From: an uncultured Chthonomonadaceae bacterium
Lineage (GTDB): Bacteria > Armatimonadota > Chthonomonadetes > Chthonomonadales > Chthonomonadaceae
Reading direction: 5' to 3'
DNA length: 64,000 nt
Assembly: GCA_963835065.1 (NCBI GenBank)
Contig: CAWIEK010000060.1
Coordinates: 132,293-196,292 of the forward strand
Shown: piece after piece, positions 32,200 to 42,997 of the stretch
How positions within the stretch are numbered: the stretch's first letter is position 1
How the letters are laid out: every line of letters begins with the position of its first letter
Notes under the pieces: generated by a model
Seen by the model: only the letters and a program-made list of their open reading frames with translations
The model's database searches: none
Told to the model about the DNA's origin: nothing
Program-made: the position numbers and the translations under genes

Positions 32200-32889
32200 A
32201 TGGACATGATGAAAGCGCCGATAAAACCTTTGACAGCCTGGCTTCAAAAATTGGGAACGCGCCCCTCGGATGCTGAGGAGGTGGATCGAGAGCAGGTCTT
32301 TACGTCTATTTATGCGCGGCATGCCTGGCAGGGAGAGTCTATTTCCGGGCAGGGTTCGGACCTGAATCAGACAGCGAGTTTACAAACGGAGTTGCCTGTA
32401 TTACTGTCGCGGTTGGGCGTTCGCCGCCTGCTCGACGCGCCGTGTGGCGACTTCAACTGGATGCAGCATGTCGCGCTCGATCTGGAAGAGTATATCGGCG
32501 CGGACATTGTAGCCGAATTGACGGCAAGCAATCAGGCAAAGTATGGCGGTTCCACGCGGCGTTTTATACAATGCGACCTGGTGACGGATGCCCTGCCAAC
32601 CGTAGATTTGATCTTGTGCCGAGATTGTCTGGTACATCTGTGTTACCGGGACATTCGCGCCATGCTGCAAAACTTCCAGCGCAGCCAATCCACGTACCTG
32701 CTGACCACGACGTTTCCGCAGCAGCCCAAAAATTGGGATATAGCGACAGGCGAATGGCGCGGCCTGAACTTGCAGCGCGCGCCCTTCCACTTTCCCGAAC
32801 CATTGCTCCTGTTAAACGAACGCTGCCCCGAAAGCGCGGACAAATCCCTGGGATTGTGGAAACTGGCGGAACTGCCCGACAAGGGATAA
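32200..32889 (+). CDS. Class I SAM-dependent methyltransferase
   Basis: ESISGQGS, LLDAPCGDFNW, YIGADIV, DLILCRDCLVH. Confidence 0.9.
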   Translation: MDMMKAPIKPLTAWLQKLGTRPSDAEEVDREQVFTSIYARHAWQGESISGQGSDLNQTASLQTELPVLLSRLGVRRLLDAPCGDFNWMQHVALDLEEYIGADIVAELTASNQAKYGGSTRRFIQCDLVTDALPTVDLILCRDCLVHLCYRDIRAMLQNFQRSQSTYLLTTTFPQQPKNWDIATGEWRGLNLQRAPFHFPEPLLLLNERCPESADKSLGLWKLAELPDKG

Positions 32890-32987
32890 GGGTAAGGGAT
32901 AAGAGCAGCCCCACCCCGGCCCCTACTCCCAATGAATGTAGGAATGTCCGAACACCTGAACACCGAACACCTGAATACCGAGTATCT
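32881..32987. repeat. Hybrid repeat cassette: GGGATAA arm plus GAACACC arm
   Basis: AAGGGATAAGGGTAAGGGATAAG (32881-32903) and CCGAACACCTGAACACCGAACACCTGAATACCG (from 32948). Confidence 0.8.
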
Positions 32988-34083
32988 GCAAACGCTTGCC
33001 TGCGCCGCGCCTTATGGCAGGGGCGGTATGGGACAGCATCTGGCGCAGCTTGTGGAAGAAGCGCGGGACGCGGGGCGATTGGAACGGTATTTTGCGGACG
33101 CGATTTGCCCCGGCGACGCGGCAGGGCAGGTGACGCAGGCCGCGTGGCTTCCCCGGCTGGCGCGTTACACGCCCGCGCGGTTCAGTCCCGGCTGGCTGGC
33201 GTATTTTGGCGGCGACTTATTCGACCGGGAAGCCGCCCAACAATTGAGCCGGACGGAAAACATACGCGGTTCCACGCCGCGCCGAACATTTATCGGCTTT
33301 TCGGGGCAGGCCGAACACTGTATGCGACGAGCGCGGCGGCTTGGTTACAATTGGCTGGAATTGGCGTCTGCGACCAGCCATGCCGATCATATACTGCGGC
33401 AGCATGCCCGCGTCAGGCAAACGCACGGGATTGAAACCGCCTGGATGAATCAGGCGCAGGCGCGTAAAAGCCGCGCAGAATACGCGCTTGCGGACACGAT
33501 TCAGGTCAGTTCGGAGTATGCGCGGCAATCGTTTTTGGAAGCGGGAATTGCGGAAACAAAACTGCGGCGCGTCCATTTGCAAACGTCGCCGCGCTTTACG
33601 CCCCCGGCTGCAAAACCGGACGATGGCGTGTTTCGCGTGGTGTATGTCGGCAGCCTGACAACGGTGAAAGGCATACCCCTGCTGCTGGAAGCGTTTTCGC
33701 GCCTGACGGTGCAGCGCGCGGAACTGACGCTTGTGGGCGGATGGGCGACGCGGGGAATGCGAACCTATCTGCAAGCGTGGCTGGCGCGGGACGCGCGTAT
33801 TCGGATAGCGCCCGGCGATCCCTTACCTGCCTTGCAGCGCGCCGATGTTTGCGCCCACCCTTCTTATGATGATGGATGGGGCTATGCGCCGATGGAAGCG
33901 CTGGCCTGTGGCGTTCCCGTAATCGTCACAGCAAATACGGGCATGAAAGAGCGCGTTCAGGAAGGCGTAAACGGCTATGTAGTTCCTGTGGGAGATTGGC
34001 AGGCGCTGCTGGAACGGCTGGAGCAAATTCACAAACACCCGCTTTCCATGCCTGTGTCGCCCCTCTCTTTAAAAGATTCTTGA
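32932..34083 (+). CDS. GT4 glycosyltransferase
   Basis: VYVGSLTTVKG and DGWGYAPMEALACGVPV; start uncertain. Confidence 0.9.
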   Translation: MNVGMSEHLNTEHLNTEYLQTLACAAPYGRGGMGQHLAQLVEEARDAGRLERYFADAICPGDAAGQVTQAAWLPRLARYTPARFSPGWLAYFGGDLFDREAAQQLSRTENIRGSTPRRTFIGFSGQAEHCMRRARRLGYNWLELASATSHADHILRQHARVRQTHGIETAWMNQAQARKSRAEYALADTIQVSSEYARQSFLEAGIAETKLRRVHLQTSPRFTPPAAKPDDGVFRVVYVGSLTTVKGIPLLLEAFSRLTVQRAELTLVGGWATRGMRTYLQAWLARDARIRIAPGDPLPALQRADVCAHPSYDDGWGYAPMEALACGVPVIVTANTGMKERVQEGVNGYVVPVGDWQALLERLEQIHKHPLSMPVSPLSLKDS

Positions 34084-34110
34084 AGCATACAACTGTGTCG
34101 GCAAAATATT

Positions 34111-35310
34111 ATGCGTATCGGACATTATATGCGGGGCATTTTCGATCCCGGCGGCATTGCGACGTACATCCGCGACATCAGCGCGGCGCAACTGGCGCGC
34201 GGCCATGAAGTCGTGTGGTACGATGTTCGGCCACAACCGCCTGCGCCCCAAAATGGAAACAGCGCGGCGCAAAACGCCGCGCAGCCTTCCATGCACCGCC
34301 TTGCAAACGAAGAGGAGTTGTTTGATACGGCAAGGCGGCAGGGCGTAGACATTGTGCATCTGCATTGTACGCTGGCAAGCGCGGCGAAACCGTCCCTGCC
34401 TGCCATTCGCACCGTGCATAACCACCACCCGTATTGTCCAAGCAGTACGCGCTATCTGGAGCGCATCCAAACAACCTGTGATTGCCGCCCGGGCCTTGCC
34501 TCCTGCCTGCGCGGTCATTTATTGTATCACTGCGGCAGCGTCCGTCCGTTCAAAATTCTGGAGTCGTTTCAGAATACGCGGCAGGACAAGCGCTTTTTGC
34601 GCCACGTTCCCGCCGTGTGCATCAGCAATTACGTGAAACAGCAGATGCTGCAAGTGGGCTACGCGGAAGAGCATCTTCACCTGCTGCACTACGCGGCTCC
34701 CGCGCCCACTTCGGCGGAACCGACGCTGCCGCCGCGCGAAAACCCGCCCCGCTTTGTGTTTTTGGGACGCCTGACCCCGCATAAGGGTGTGGCTCCCCTG
34801 CTGCAGGCATTGCAGCGCGCCAAAACGCCCGCGCATCTGGACATTGCCGGCACGGGACCTCTGGAAGCCGATTTAGCCCGGCAGGTGGAAGCGCTTGGGC
34901 TGAAGGATCGCGTCCGCTTTCACGGCTGGCTTGGGCCGCAACAAACCGAAAATCTGCTGCGCGGGGCGCGCGCACTGGTATTCCCGTCCGTGTGGCACGA
35001 GCCGGCGGGACTGGTCACATTGGAAGCGTCCCTGCTGGGCCGCGCCGTCATCGGTACGCAGGTTGGCGGCCTGCCGGAATACGCGATTGAGGGACAAAAC
35101 GCGCTCATCGTACCTCCCGGCGATATTGCCGCCCTCAGCGTGGCTCTGGATCGGCTGTCCGACGATTGGGAGTTTGCGCGGCGGCTTGGCGAACAGGGAC
35201 GGCAATTGGTGGCGGAACGCTTCACGATGGAGCGGCATTATACGCGCCTGCACCAACTCTACGCGCAGTACGGCGCGCAAAACCTTGCCGGGAGTGAACG
35301 GGCTGCCTGA
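34111..35310 (+). CDS. GT4 glycosyltransferase
   Basis: TVHNHHPYC, FLGRLTPHKG, PSVWHEPAGLVTLEA. Confidence 0.92.
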   Translation: MRIGHYMRGIFDPGGIATYIRDISAAQLARGHEVVWYDVRPQPPAPQNGNSAAQNAAQPSMHRLANEEELFDTARRQGVDIVHLHCTLASAAKPSLPAIRTVHNHHPYCPSSTRYLERIQTTCDCRPGLASCLRGHLLYHCGSVRPFKILESFQNTRQDKRFLRHVPAVCISNYVKQQMLQVGYAEEHLHLLHYAAPAPTSAEPTLPPRENPPRFVFLGRLTPHKGVAPLLQALQRAKTPAHLDIAGTGPLEADLARQVEALGLKDRVRFHGWLGPQQTENLLRGARALVFPSVWHEPAGLVTLEASLLGRAVIGTQVGGLPEYAIEGQNALIVPPGDIAALSVALDRLSDDWEFARRLGEQGRQLVAERFTMERHYTRLHQLYAQYGAQNLAGSERAA

Positions 35311-35344
35311 TGGTTTGAAACTCAATATCTGAAAACTACAAAGG

Positions 35345-36148
35345 ATGCGCGATACCCTATTGAAAAACGAAGCAGCACATCTAGTGGAAGTGGAGCGGCG
35401 GGAAGCCGCTTTTTGGGACAAACAGGCACACGCGGACAGAGACTTGCGCGTAGATGAGTCCGCTCTGGACGCGGAAGGCATACGCCGCCTGGAATTGCTT
35501 GGCAATGTGCGGGGCAAGCGCGTCCTGGATGTGGGCTGCGGAACCGGCCTGTGGGCGGTTTTGCTGGCGCAGCGCGGGGCGCAGGTGGTCGCTGTTGACA
35601 TCTCTCCCGAAAGCGTTGCCGCCACCCGCAAGCGGGCGGAACTCCATCAGGTTGGGGAAGCGATACAGGCGCAGACCGGATCGGCGTATCAGCTTCCCTT
35701 TGCGGACGGCTTTTTCGACGCGATTCACGGGCAGGACATTGTGCATCATCTTGAAGCCGATTTGTTCGGCAGGGAAATGGCGCGGGTTCTGAATGCGCAG
35801 GGAACCGCCGTTTTTGCCGAAAATTCCGCCAACAATCCCCTGCTGATGTTTGCGCGTAACCGGGTGTGCGGGCATTTCGGCATTCCGCGCTGGAGTTCCG
35901 ACGACGAATACCCTCTGACGCGGAAAAAGATCGCGCTTTTTGGCCGGTGCTTTCAGTCCGTTCGGGCGGAGTATCCTGAGTTCCGGTTCATGCTGTATCT
36001 GGACGCCAAGCTGTTCGGCTACCGCAACCGCGCGGTAAGCTGGCTGTGCGGCAACGTGGATCGCGCCGCGCACAAACTGCCCTTCCTGCGCCCCTATTCC
36101 TACCGTCAGATACTCTGCTGCACCGGGCCAATTAAGAATACAGGTTAA
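35345..36148 (+). CDS. Class I SAM-dependent methyltransferase (Methyltransf_11-like)
   Basis: VLDVGCGTG, AVDIS, LPFADGFFD, VHHL. Confidence 0.92.
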   Translation: MRDTLLKNEAAHLVEVERREAAFWDKQAHADRDLRVDESALDAEGIRRLELLGNVRGKRVLDVGCGTGLWAVLLAQRGAQVVAVDISPESVAATRKRAELHQVGEAIQAQTGSAYQLPFADGFFDAIHGQDIVHHLEADLFGREMARVLNAQGTAVFAENSANNPLLMFARNRVCGHFGIPRWSSDDEYPLTRKKIALFGRCFQSVRAEYPEFRFMLYLDAKLFGYRNRAVSWLCGNVDRAAHKLPFLRPYSYRQILCCTGPIKNTG

Positions 36149-36154
36149 ATTAGT

Positions 36155-37285
36155 TTGAAAATTATGATGATCGCGGCGGCGCTGCCGCCGCAGTTGGATG
36201 GCATCGGCGATTATACCGCCGCGCTGGCCGCGCAGGTTGTCTCCCAATCGAAATGCGCTGTCACCATCCTGACGGGAACGGAGTTTACGCCTGCGCCGAT
36301 TGCCGGGGCGCGAATCGTGCCGACGTTTTGTTTTGCGCAGCCGGCAAGCGTGGCGGGTATTCGGGAACAGGCGCTTGTGGAACGCCCGGATTGGCTGCTG
36401 CTGCAATACAACCCGTTCGCGTATGGCAGGCGGGGCCGGAACCTGCATCTGCCCCGCGTCCTGCGCGATGTAAAGCGGGAACTGCCCGAAACGCGGCTGG
36501 CGGTGATGTTCCATGAAGCGTTTGTGCCCATCGTAAGCTGGAAGTTTGCCGTGATGACGACGTGGCAGCGATGGCAGTTATGGCGGTTGGGACAAACGGC
36601 GGACGCGCTGTTTTTCTCCGTGCAGCCCTGGACGCGGCAGTTTCAGCGCTGGTTTCCCAACAAACCTATTTACCACCTGCCTGTCGGCTCCAACATTGCG
36701 CGCGTTCCCATGTCCCGCGCCCACGCCCGCGAACGGCTTGGATTTACCGAAGCGGATTTCGTCGTAGGCTTGTTCGGCACGGCGCATATTTCACGGATGC
36801 TGCCTCTGATTGGCGACTCGCTGAAGGCGCTCGGACAGGCGGGGCATAAAGTGACGCTGCTGTACATCGGCCCGGATGGTGATACAATCAAGGCGCACAT
36901 GGGCAATACGCCGGTTTGTTCGGAAGGCGCGCTGCCGGGTGACGAGGTTTCGCGGCGGTTCGCGGCAATGGATATGTACCTGGCGGCGTTTCTGGACGGT
37001 GTTTCCACCCGGCGCGGTTCGCTAATGACAGCAATGCAGCATGGCATTGGGGTTGTCGGCAATCGAGGCGTTTGGACAGATGAACTGCTGCTTGCCGAAG
37101 ACGGAAAGGCGTTTCTACTGGCCGACACGCGCAAACCGGGCGCGTTTCAGGCACAGGCGTTACGCATGGCCGGGGATGCGCAACTTCGCGCCCGCTTGGG
37201 CAACGGCGCGGCGGAATTGTTTGCGCGCGAGTTCACCTGGGAACGCATTGCCACCCGCCTTCTCACGGCATTGCAGCAACCCTGA
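36155..37285 (+). CDS. GT4 glycosyltransferase
   Basis: DGIGDYT, VMFHE, DGVSTRRGSL. Confidence 0.88.
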   Translation: MKIMMIAAALPPQLDGIGDYTAALAAQVVSQSKCAVTILTGTEFTPAPIAGARIVPTFCFAQPASVAGIREQALVERPDWLLLQYNPFAYGRRGRNLHLPRVLRDVKRELPETRLAVMFHEAFVPIVSWKFAVMTTWQRWQLWRLGQTADALFFSVQPWTRQFQRWFPNKPIYHLPVGSNIARVPMSRAHARERLGFTEADFVVGLFGTAHISRMLPLIGDSLKALGQAGHKVTLLYIGPDGDTIKAHMGNTPVCSEGALPGDEVSRRFAAMDMYLAAFLDGVSTRRGSLMTAMQHGIGVVGNRGVWTDELLLAEDGKAFLLADTRKPGAFQAQALRMAGDAQLRARLGNGAAELFAREFTWERIATRLLTALQQP

Positions 37286-37298
37286 CAAGTATTTTGCC

Positions 37299-37529
37299 GT
37301 GAGTTCACAACCGGCCACATTTTGCCAGGCGTAACCTATTCTAATTACCCGCCTGTCTCGGTGGTGTTCCGCCAAGCGTCCTACGGACGCTAACCTTTGT
37401 ATAAAAAGCGTATTGCGTCCGCAGGACGCTTGCACTTTCCTGCCGGGTATTTTCAATGCCCGGCACACCGCAGGTCATTCAGACGGTGGTTTTTAACCAA
37501 TGGCTAAAGGTGTCCGGTAGTGAATTCAT
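37299..37529. mobile_element. MITE-like palindromic element containing REP-like cores
   Basis: 29-bp imperfect terminal inverted repeats (37299-37327 / 37501-37529, 6 mismatches); internal 50-bp core shared with 47992-48041. Confidence 0.65.
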
Positions 37530-37538
37530 GAGGAATTT

Positions 37539-38719
37539 TTGATCGCAGAGAAGAACCCTAACCGCGTGACTTCAAGTAACGTCGAAACCCCGTGTCCATT
37601 GCGCGTGTTGCTGGTATCGGCGGTGGGCGAGCATGGCGGCGCGGAGCAAGTCTTGCTCAGTCTCATCAAGCATCTTCCGTCCCACAATGTCACTCCGATT
37701 CTGGCCTGCCTGCGTCCCGGCCCTCTTGTCGAAATGGCGCGGAAGCAGGGCGCAGTCGCGTATGAATTCCGCGAACATCGGATGCGGGAGTGGAACCAGG
37801 TCGCGCAGGGTATCGGATGGCTGAAAAACTATCATCCGACACGAACGCGTAGACATCGTACACAGTAATTTGACGGCTCACCTGTACGGCAGCATCGCCG
37901 CGCGCATGGCCCGGACGCCGGAGTTGTGGCACATCTACGACTATCCGCACGAGCGCGACAGCATCACCCGTATTCAGGAAAAACTGCCGACGGATTTCGT
38001 GATATTCGCCACCCATTACGCGCAAAGCGGCTATCCGCGCCTGTCTGCCCGCGCTTGCGCCATCGTTCCTCCTGTCTGTACGGAGCCGGGCGAACTGCGG
38101 GCATGGCCTTCGCAGCCCGATATACGCGCCCGTTACGGTTTGGGAACCGGGACCGCTGTTTTTGACCGTCGCCCGCTTTCAGGAACATAAGGGACATACT
38201 TATTTGCTGCAAGCCATTCCCCTTGTACTGCGGCAATACCCCGACGCGATCTTCGCGCTGGTTGGCAAGGCCGGGGGTGAGGCGCAAATCCACTATCAGG
38301 AGCAATTGCGGCGGCAATGCGAGGAACTCGGCATTGCCGACAGCGTGGCTTTTACCGGCTACGTTCCCGAAGCCGACCTTGTCGCCCTGTACCGGGAAGC
38401 GACCGCGCTGGCGCATCCCGCCGTCAGCGAAGGCTTCGGCCTGACGCTGCTGGACGCCCTGGCCTTAGACGCGCCCGTGATTGCCGCTCGCGCTTCCGGC
38501 CCCGAAGAGTTGCTGCGACATGAGGAAACGGGACTGCTGGTTCCAATTCGGGATGCAAATGCGCTTGGCGAGGCGATCCTGCGCCTGCTGCAAAACCCGG
38601 AACTGGCGCAAAATTTACGCGGTGGCGGACGCAATTTGGCAAACAGCCTGAGCGCAAATCAGATGGCAGGCCAAATCACGCGAATCTATCAGCGCATGGC
38701 ACAACGGGAAACGGCCTGA
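37539..38719 (+). CDS. GT4 glycosyltransferase (frameshifts near 37825 and 38150)
   Basis: HGGAEQV, VARFQEHKG, EGFGLTLLDA. Confidence 0.88.
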
Positions 38720-38755
38720 ATCGGATATAATAGAGGCTAAAGAAATTTATCGCCC

Positions 38756-40567
38756 GTGGATAGTTCAATACGCACAACCAAAATAGTCCGGCGCAAGCGT
38801 CGCCCTCTTCCGAAGCCGCCATCGCTGCGCGCGATTTAAGCGCGGGCGTGGGGGCTGCGCCTGCTGATTATTGTCTTTGCGTTTGCCTGCGGGCCGCTGG
38901 TGTTGTGGAGCGCGCCGGGACAGCGCGCCCTGCCCGCGCTGGGCATCGGCTGCATCCTGTTCCTGCTGCTGCGCCGTTCGCCGAGTTGGGGCGTGGGCCT
39001 GACGCTGGTGTACCTGGCTGTGCTGGGCGGCGTCCGGCGCTGGCTTGTACCCGCATTAGGCTGGACTTCCACCGATCCCCTGCTGCTGGTCGGGCCGGGG
39101 TTGGTGGCGGCGTGGTTTCTGAACCTGCTGCTGATTCGGCGTATGCCCACCGATACGCGCCTGTCGCGCGCCCTGCTATGGCTGCTCGCCATTATGTTCG
39201 CGCAGATTTTCAATCCGTTTCAGGGCGGCATCGGCGTGGGATTGGCGGGCGTACTGTTTACGGTCGTGCCCCTGCTCTGGTACTATTATGGACGCGCCAT
39301 CGGCACCGAAGCCGCGCAAAAACGCCTGCTGTCTACAGTTGTCGTCCTTGCCCTGCTCGGAGCCGCGTATGGCCTGTATCAAACCTACTTCGGGCTGCTG
39401 CCGGTCGAGCAGGAGTGGGTGGAACTCAACAAGGCCAATTACAACGCGCTTTTCGTTTCCGAAAAAGTGATACGCGCGTTTTCCTTTTTCACCTCCTCGC
39501 AAGAGTACGTGCAGTTTATCAGCATCGGCGTGGTCGTGCTGTGGGCGGCGTTCCTGCGCGGCAAACGCTTCGCCCTGCTGCCCATTCCCCTGCTGGCCTG
39601 GGCCATCTTTCTTTCCAGTGTGCGCGGCGCGGTGGTTATAACCCTGGTCGCCTGCATGGTGTTGTGGGCGGTGCAGGCGCGAACCATTGTGGCCTGGGGG
39701 CCGCGCCTCGCCCTCGCGCTCGTCATGGCGGCGGGCGGGCTGTTCTGGAGCCTGCAGCAAGTGCAGGTAGGCGGGCCGACAAACCATGCCGCCGATGACC
39801 GCACAACAGCGCTGGTATCGCATCAGGTCAAGGGGCTGCTCAATTCCGGCGATACCACCCACCATGAATCAACGGCGATTCAGCATGTAAACATGTTCGC
39901 GTATGGCGTGGCGGAAGGATTTCGGATGCCCATTGGCCGCGGCCTGGGGTCTACCACGCTGGCGGCGAGTAAATTTACCGAAAACAACCGGCAAAGCAGC
40001 ACGGAATGGGATTTGAGCGATTGTTTCGCCGCGCTAGGGTTTGCCGGCGGCCTGGTGTATTTGAGCGTGATGGGCTTCGTGCTGTCCGGCGTGGTTCAGT
40101 TGTGGCGGGCCACGCGCAGCCTGACCGCCCTGACGACCCTGGGCATCCTGATTGTGCATATCGGGCACTGGCTACACGGCGGTTCTTATGCCGCCACAAT
40201 GGTCATCTGGTTTCTCATCGGCGGCATGGAGAATTCGCTGCTTGCCATGCGCCGCGCGCAGGCAAAAGCCGCGCAAGCGCGACAGCAGGCCGAAGCCACT
40301 GCGCGGGAGCGGCAGGAAGTGACCGGCCTGGAAGCGACGGAATTGGGAGCCAGTGAGTCGAAAGTAAATGGTTTGAAACCGCATGGCTTAAAGGTCAATG
40401 GCTTGAAAGCGCATGGCTTGAAAGTGGCCGTCTCGGAGGCAGATGCGGCACAGGAAACCACAACAGCGGCGGCCCCCGACGACATGCGGCTGCAGAACAC
40501 GCCCAAAGGACGCTGGCTGGCCCGCCAAAAACTGGTCTTGAAATCCGGCGGAAAGGCCGGGCAATGA
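38756..40567 (+). CDS. Wzy/O-antigen-ligase-like polytopic membrane protein (start uncertain)
   Basis: Many TMs; RAFSFF, LSSVRG, PIGRGLG; long hydrophilic tail; the 5' end is disrupted by an indel or stop. Confidence 0.75.
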
Positions 40568-41838
40568 ACCTGGCGCTGATTACCCATAAGGTCGTTAAGG
40601 GCGAGGGGCAGGCGCGCGTCAATTACGAAATCGCGCGGCGGGCGATGCAGGCGGGCTGGCGCGTTACGATTGTGGCGGGACAAGTGGCCCCGGAATTGCA
40701 AGCCTGCCCGGAACTGACGTGGGTAAACATTCCCTGGTCGGATCGCTTCACCGAACTGGCGGGCGTGTGGGACTTTGCGCGTAAAAGCGGAAGTTGGCTG
40801 CGGACAGAGGGCGCAAGGTTCGATATAACGCATGTAAACGGCTTCGTCGCGCAGGGGCGCAGCGATGTCAACGCCGTTCACTTTGTCCACGCGGCCTGGA
40901 AGCAGTCGCCCTGGCATCCCTGCCGAGCGCATATGCAGGAGGGCGCAGACAAGACGGGCGGGCTGCGCAGGCTTACCGACGTACATGGCGCGTATCAGGG
41001 ACTGTTTTCAGCTTTGAACGCCCGTTGGGAGCAGCAGGCGTTTCGGCAGGCGCGGCAGATTGTGGCGGTTTCAAACCGGGTACGGCAGGAACTCCTGGAC
41101 TCAGGCGTTGCGCCCGCCAAAATTCAGGTCATCGGCAACGGGGTTGACCTGGAAGAGTTTCATCCGGGCAGTGCAGACAGACGCGCTCTCGGCCTGCCTG
41201 CCGATGTGCCGCTCGGCCTGTTTGTAGGCAATCTGCGCTTGATGCGGAAAAATTTGGATACCGCGCTTCGCGCTATGACGCGCCTGCCTCGCCTGCATCT
41301 GGCGGTGGCGGGAACCGTAGAAGGCAGTCCCTACCCAAGCCTGGCTGCGCATTTGAATGTAAGTGAGCGCGTTCATTTTCTGGGCTTTCGCGCCGATATG
41401 CCCGACATAATGCGGGCATGTGATTTTCTGGCCTTTCCGTCCCGTTACGAGCCGTTCGGCCTGGCGCTGCTGGAAGCCCTGGCGTCAGGACTGCCCGTGC
41501 TGACCGCCAAGTCTGTTGGCGGCGCGGAAATTGTCACCCCGGCCTGCGGGCGCGTCCTTGCCGACGCCGAAGATTGGGAGGGGCTGGCCGCCGTCGCTAA
41601 AATCTGGATGGAACAGCCCGAACAGATGCCGAAAATGCGTTTGGCTGCGAGCGCAGTGGCGCAGGAGCATAGTTGGCTGGCAATGGCGGACGCTTACCTG
41701 CGCCTGTATGCCCACCTGACCGGCGAAAAAGCGCAGGAACACCCGGACAGAGAAAACGCCGATGCTGCCGAACCATTTGCGCAAAGCGCGGGCCGGCCTT
41801 TCGCCTGCTCCGTATCGGTCAAGGCGGATAGGCCGTGA
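40564..41838 (+). CDS. GT4 glycosyltransferase
   Basis: GEGQARVN, LFVGNL..RKNL, PSRYEPFGLALLEALASGLP. Confidence 0.92.
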   Translation: MNLALITHKVVKGEGQARVNYEIARRAMQAGWRVTIVAGQVAPELQACPELTWVNIPWSDRFTELAGVWDFARKSGSWLRTEGARFDITHVNGFVAQGRSDVNAVHFVHAAWKQSPWHPCRAHMQEGADKTGGLRRLTDVHGAYQGLFSALNARWEQQAFRQARQIVAVSNRVRQELLDSGVAPAKIQVIGNGVDLEEFHPGSADRRALGLPADVPLGLFVGNLRLMRKNLDTALRAMTRLPRLHLAVAGTVEGSPYPSLAAHLNVSERVHFLGFRADMPDIMRACDFLAFPSRYEPFGLALLEALASGLPVLTAKSVGGAEIVTPACGRVLADAEDWEGLAAVAKIWMEQPEQMPKMRLAASAVAQEHSWLAMADAYLRLYAHLTGEKAQEHPDRENADAAEPFAQSAGRPFACSVSVKADRP

Positions 41839-42929
41839 CGCGGATATTGTGCCTGAACACAGGCGGCAAGGGCGGGCAGGACGAACTCAGGGCACGGTAT
41901 TTGTGCGCACAATTACAAGCCGACATTACCCATTTTGATGTGGATCGCGCCCTTTCCCGGCGCGAAACCGGGCGGCAAATACAGCAGTTGTTGCGTTCCC
42001 AAAGGTGGGATTTGGTGTATCAGGAGGGCACGGGACTTGCGGGCGGCGCGAACCTGATACGGGCGGCATGGCAGCGGAAGCAGCGTTTTTTGGTATCGTC
42101 AGGCGATCCAATCGGCGGTTTCTTTCATGTCACGGCGGGGCCTATTGCCGGAATGGCGTTTACCTGCTACGAGAAACTGCTGTATCGCGCCTGCGCGGGC
42201 TACGTCGGCTGGACGCCTTATCTCACCGGCATGGCGCTGGCAATGGGCGCGAAACGCGGCGTCACCGTGGAAGGCGGGGTTGACTTAGAGCGATTTAGGC
42301 CCTATTCCCCTTCAGAACGACTGGCATGGCGGCAACAATGGAACATACCTGCCCGTAACCTTGTATGCGGGGTTGTGGGCAGCCTGAAGTGGACGCCGCG
42401 CCAATCCTATTGTTATGGACTGGAATTGGTTGAAACGCTGAAATATCTTCGCCGAACCGATGTGACCATGCTGATTGTCGGGGATGGAGACGGCAAGCGG
42501 CATCTGGAGCAGGCATTGCCGGACAGCCTGCGCCCTCGCGTCGTGTTTACGGGCAGGCTGCCGACCGGGGAAGTCGCCGACGCCATCAACGGCATGGACA
42601 TTGGCTTCATCACGCAGACATTGGACAGGCTTGGCAATTTTCGCCTGACAACCAAATTGCCGGAGTACCTGGCGTGTGGCGTTCCCGTTGCAATGAGTCC
42701 GATCCCCGGCTTTTATGATTACGCCGCGCCTGCGGGCTGGGCGCTGCCCCCGTATCATCCGGCGCAAAGCGAGTTTCATCAGGCTTGCGCGCATTGGCTT
42801 GACGCGCTGGAAACCGATGAAATCCACGCGAAAGCGTGTCAGGCGCGGCCCTTAGCGTCACAGCGTTTCGATTATGAAGTTCTCGGACGGCGTTTTCAGC
42901 GTTTTGCAGAGGAAATTCTCTCTGCCTGA
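41835..42929 (+). CDS. GT4-type glycosyltransferase
   Basis: GVVGSL, LIVGDG, TTKLPEYLACGVP. Confidence 0.85.
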   Translation: MTRILCLNTGGKGGQDELRARYLCAQLQADITHFDVDRALSRRETGRQIQQLLRSQRWDLVYQEGTGLAGGANLIRAAWQRKQRFLVSSGDPIGGFFHVTAGPIAGMAFTCYEKLLYRACAGYVGWTPYLTGMALAMGAKRGVTVEGGVDLERFRPYSPSERLAWRQQWNIPARNLVCGVVGSLKWTPRQSYCYGLELVETLKYLRRTDVTMLIVGDGDGKRHLEQALPDSLRPRVVFTGRLPTGEVADAINGMDIGFITQTLDRLGNFRLTTKLPEYLACGVPVAMSPIPGFYDYAAPAGWALPPYHPAQSEFHQACAHWLDALETDEIHAKACQARPLASQRFDYEVLGRRFQRFAEEILSA

Positions 42930-42955
42930 CTTTAATATCATTCAAACAACCGTTT

Positions 42956-42979
42956 GTAGGGGCGCAATTTATTGCGCCC
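42956..42979. repeat. GTAG-type REP palindrome
   Basis: GTAG followed by GGGCGCAAT-TT-ATTGCGCCC. Confidence 0.7.
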
Positions 42980-42997
42980 GCTCCGAATAATGTAACA

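Noticed and set aside
35381..36514. 377-aa minus-strand ORF
   Set aside because: Antisense to the methyltransferase and GT genes; typical of GC-rich DNA
1073..38719. Phase variation of GT genes by slipped-strand repeats
   Set aside because: The breaks are not at long homopolymer or SSR tracts, and similar indels hit ALDH and metH, which points to sequencing error
38848..39798. 316-aa alternative-frame ORF
   Set aside because: Arg/Ala/Gly-rich off-frame reading of the polymerase-like gene
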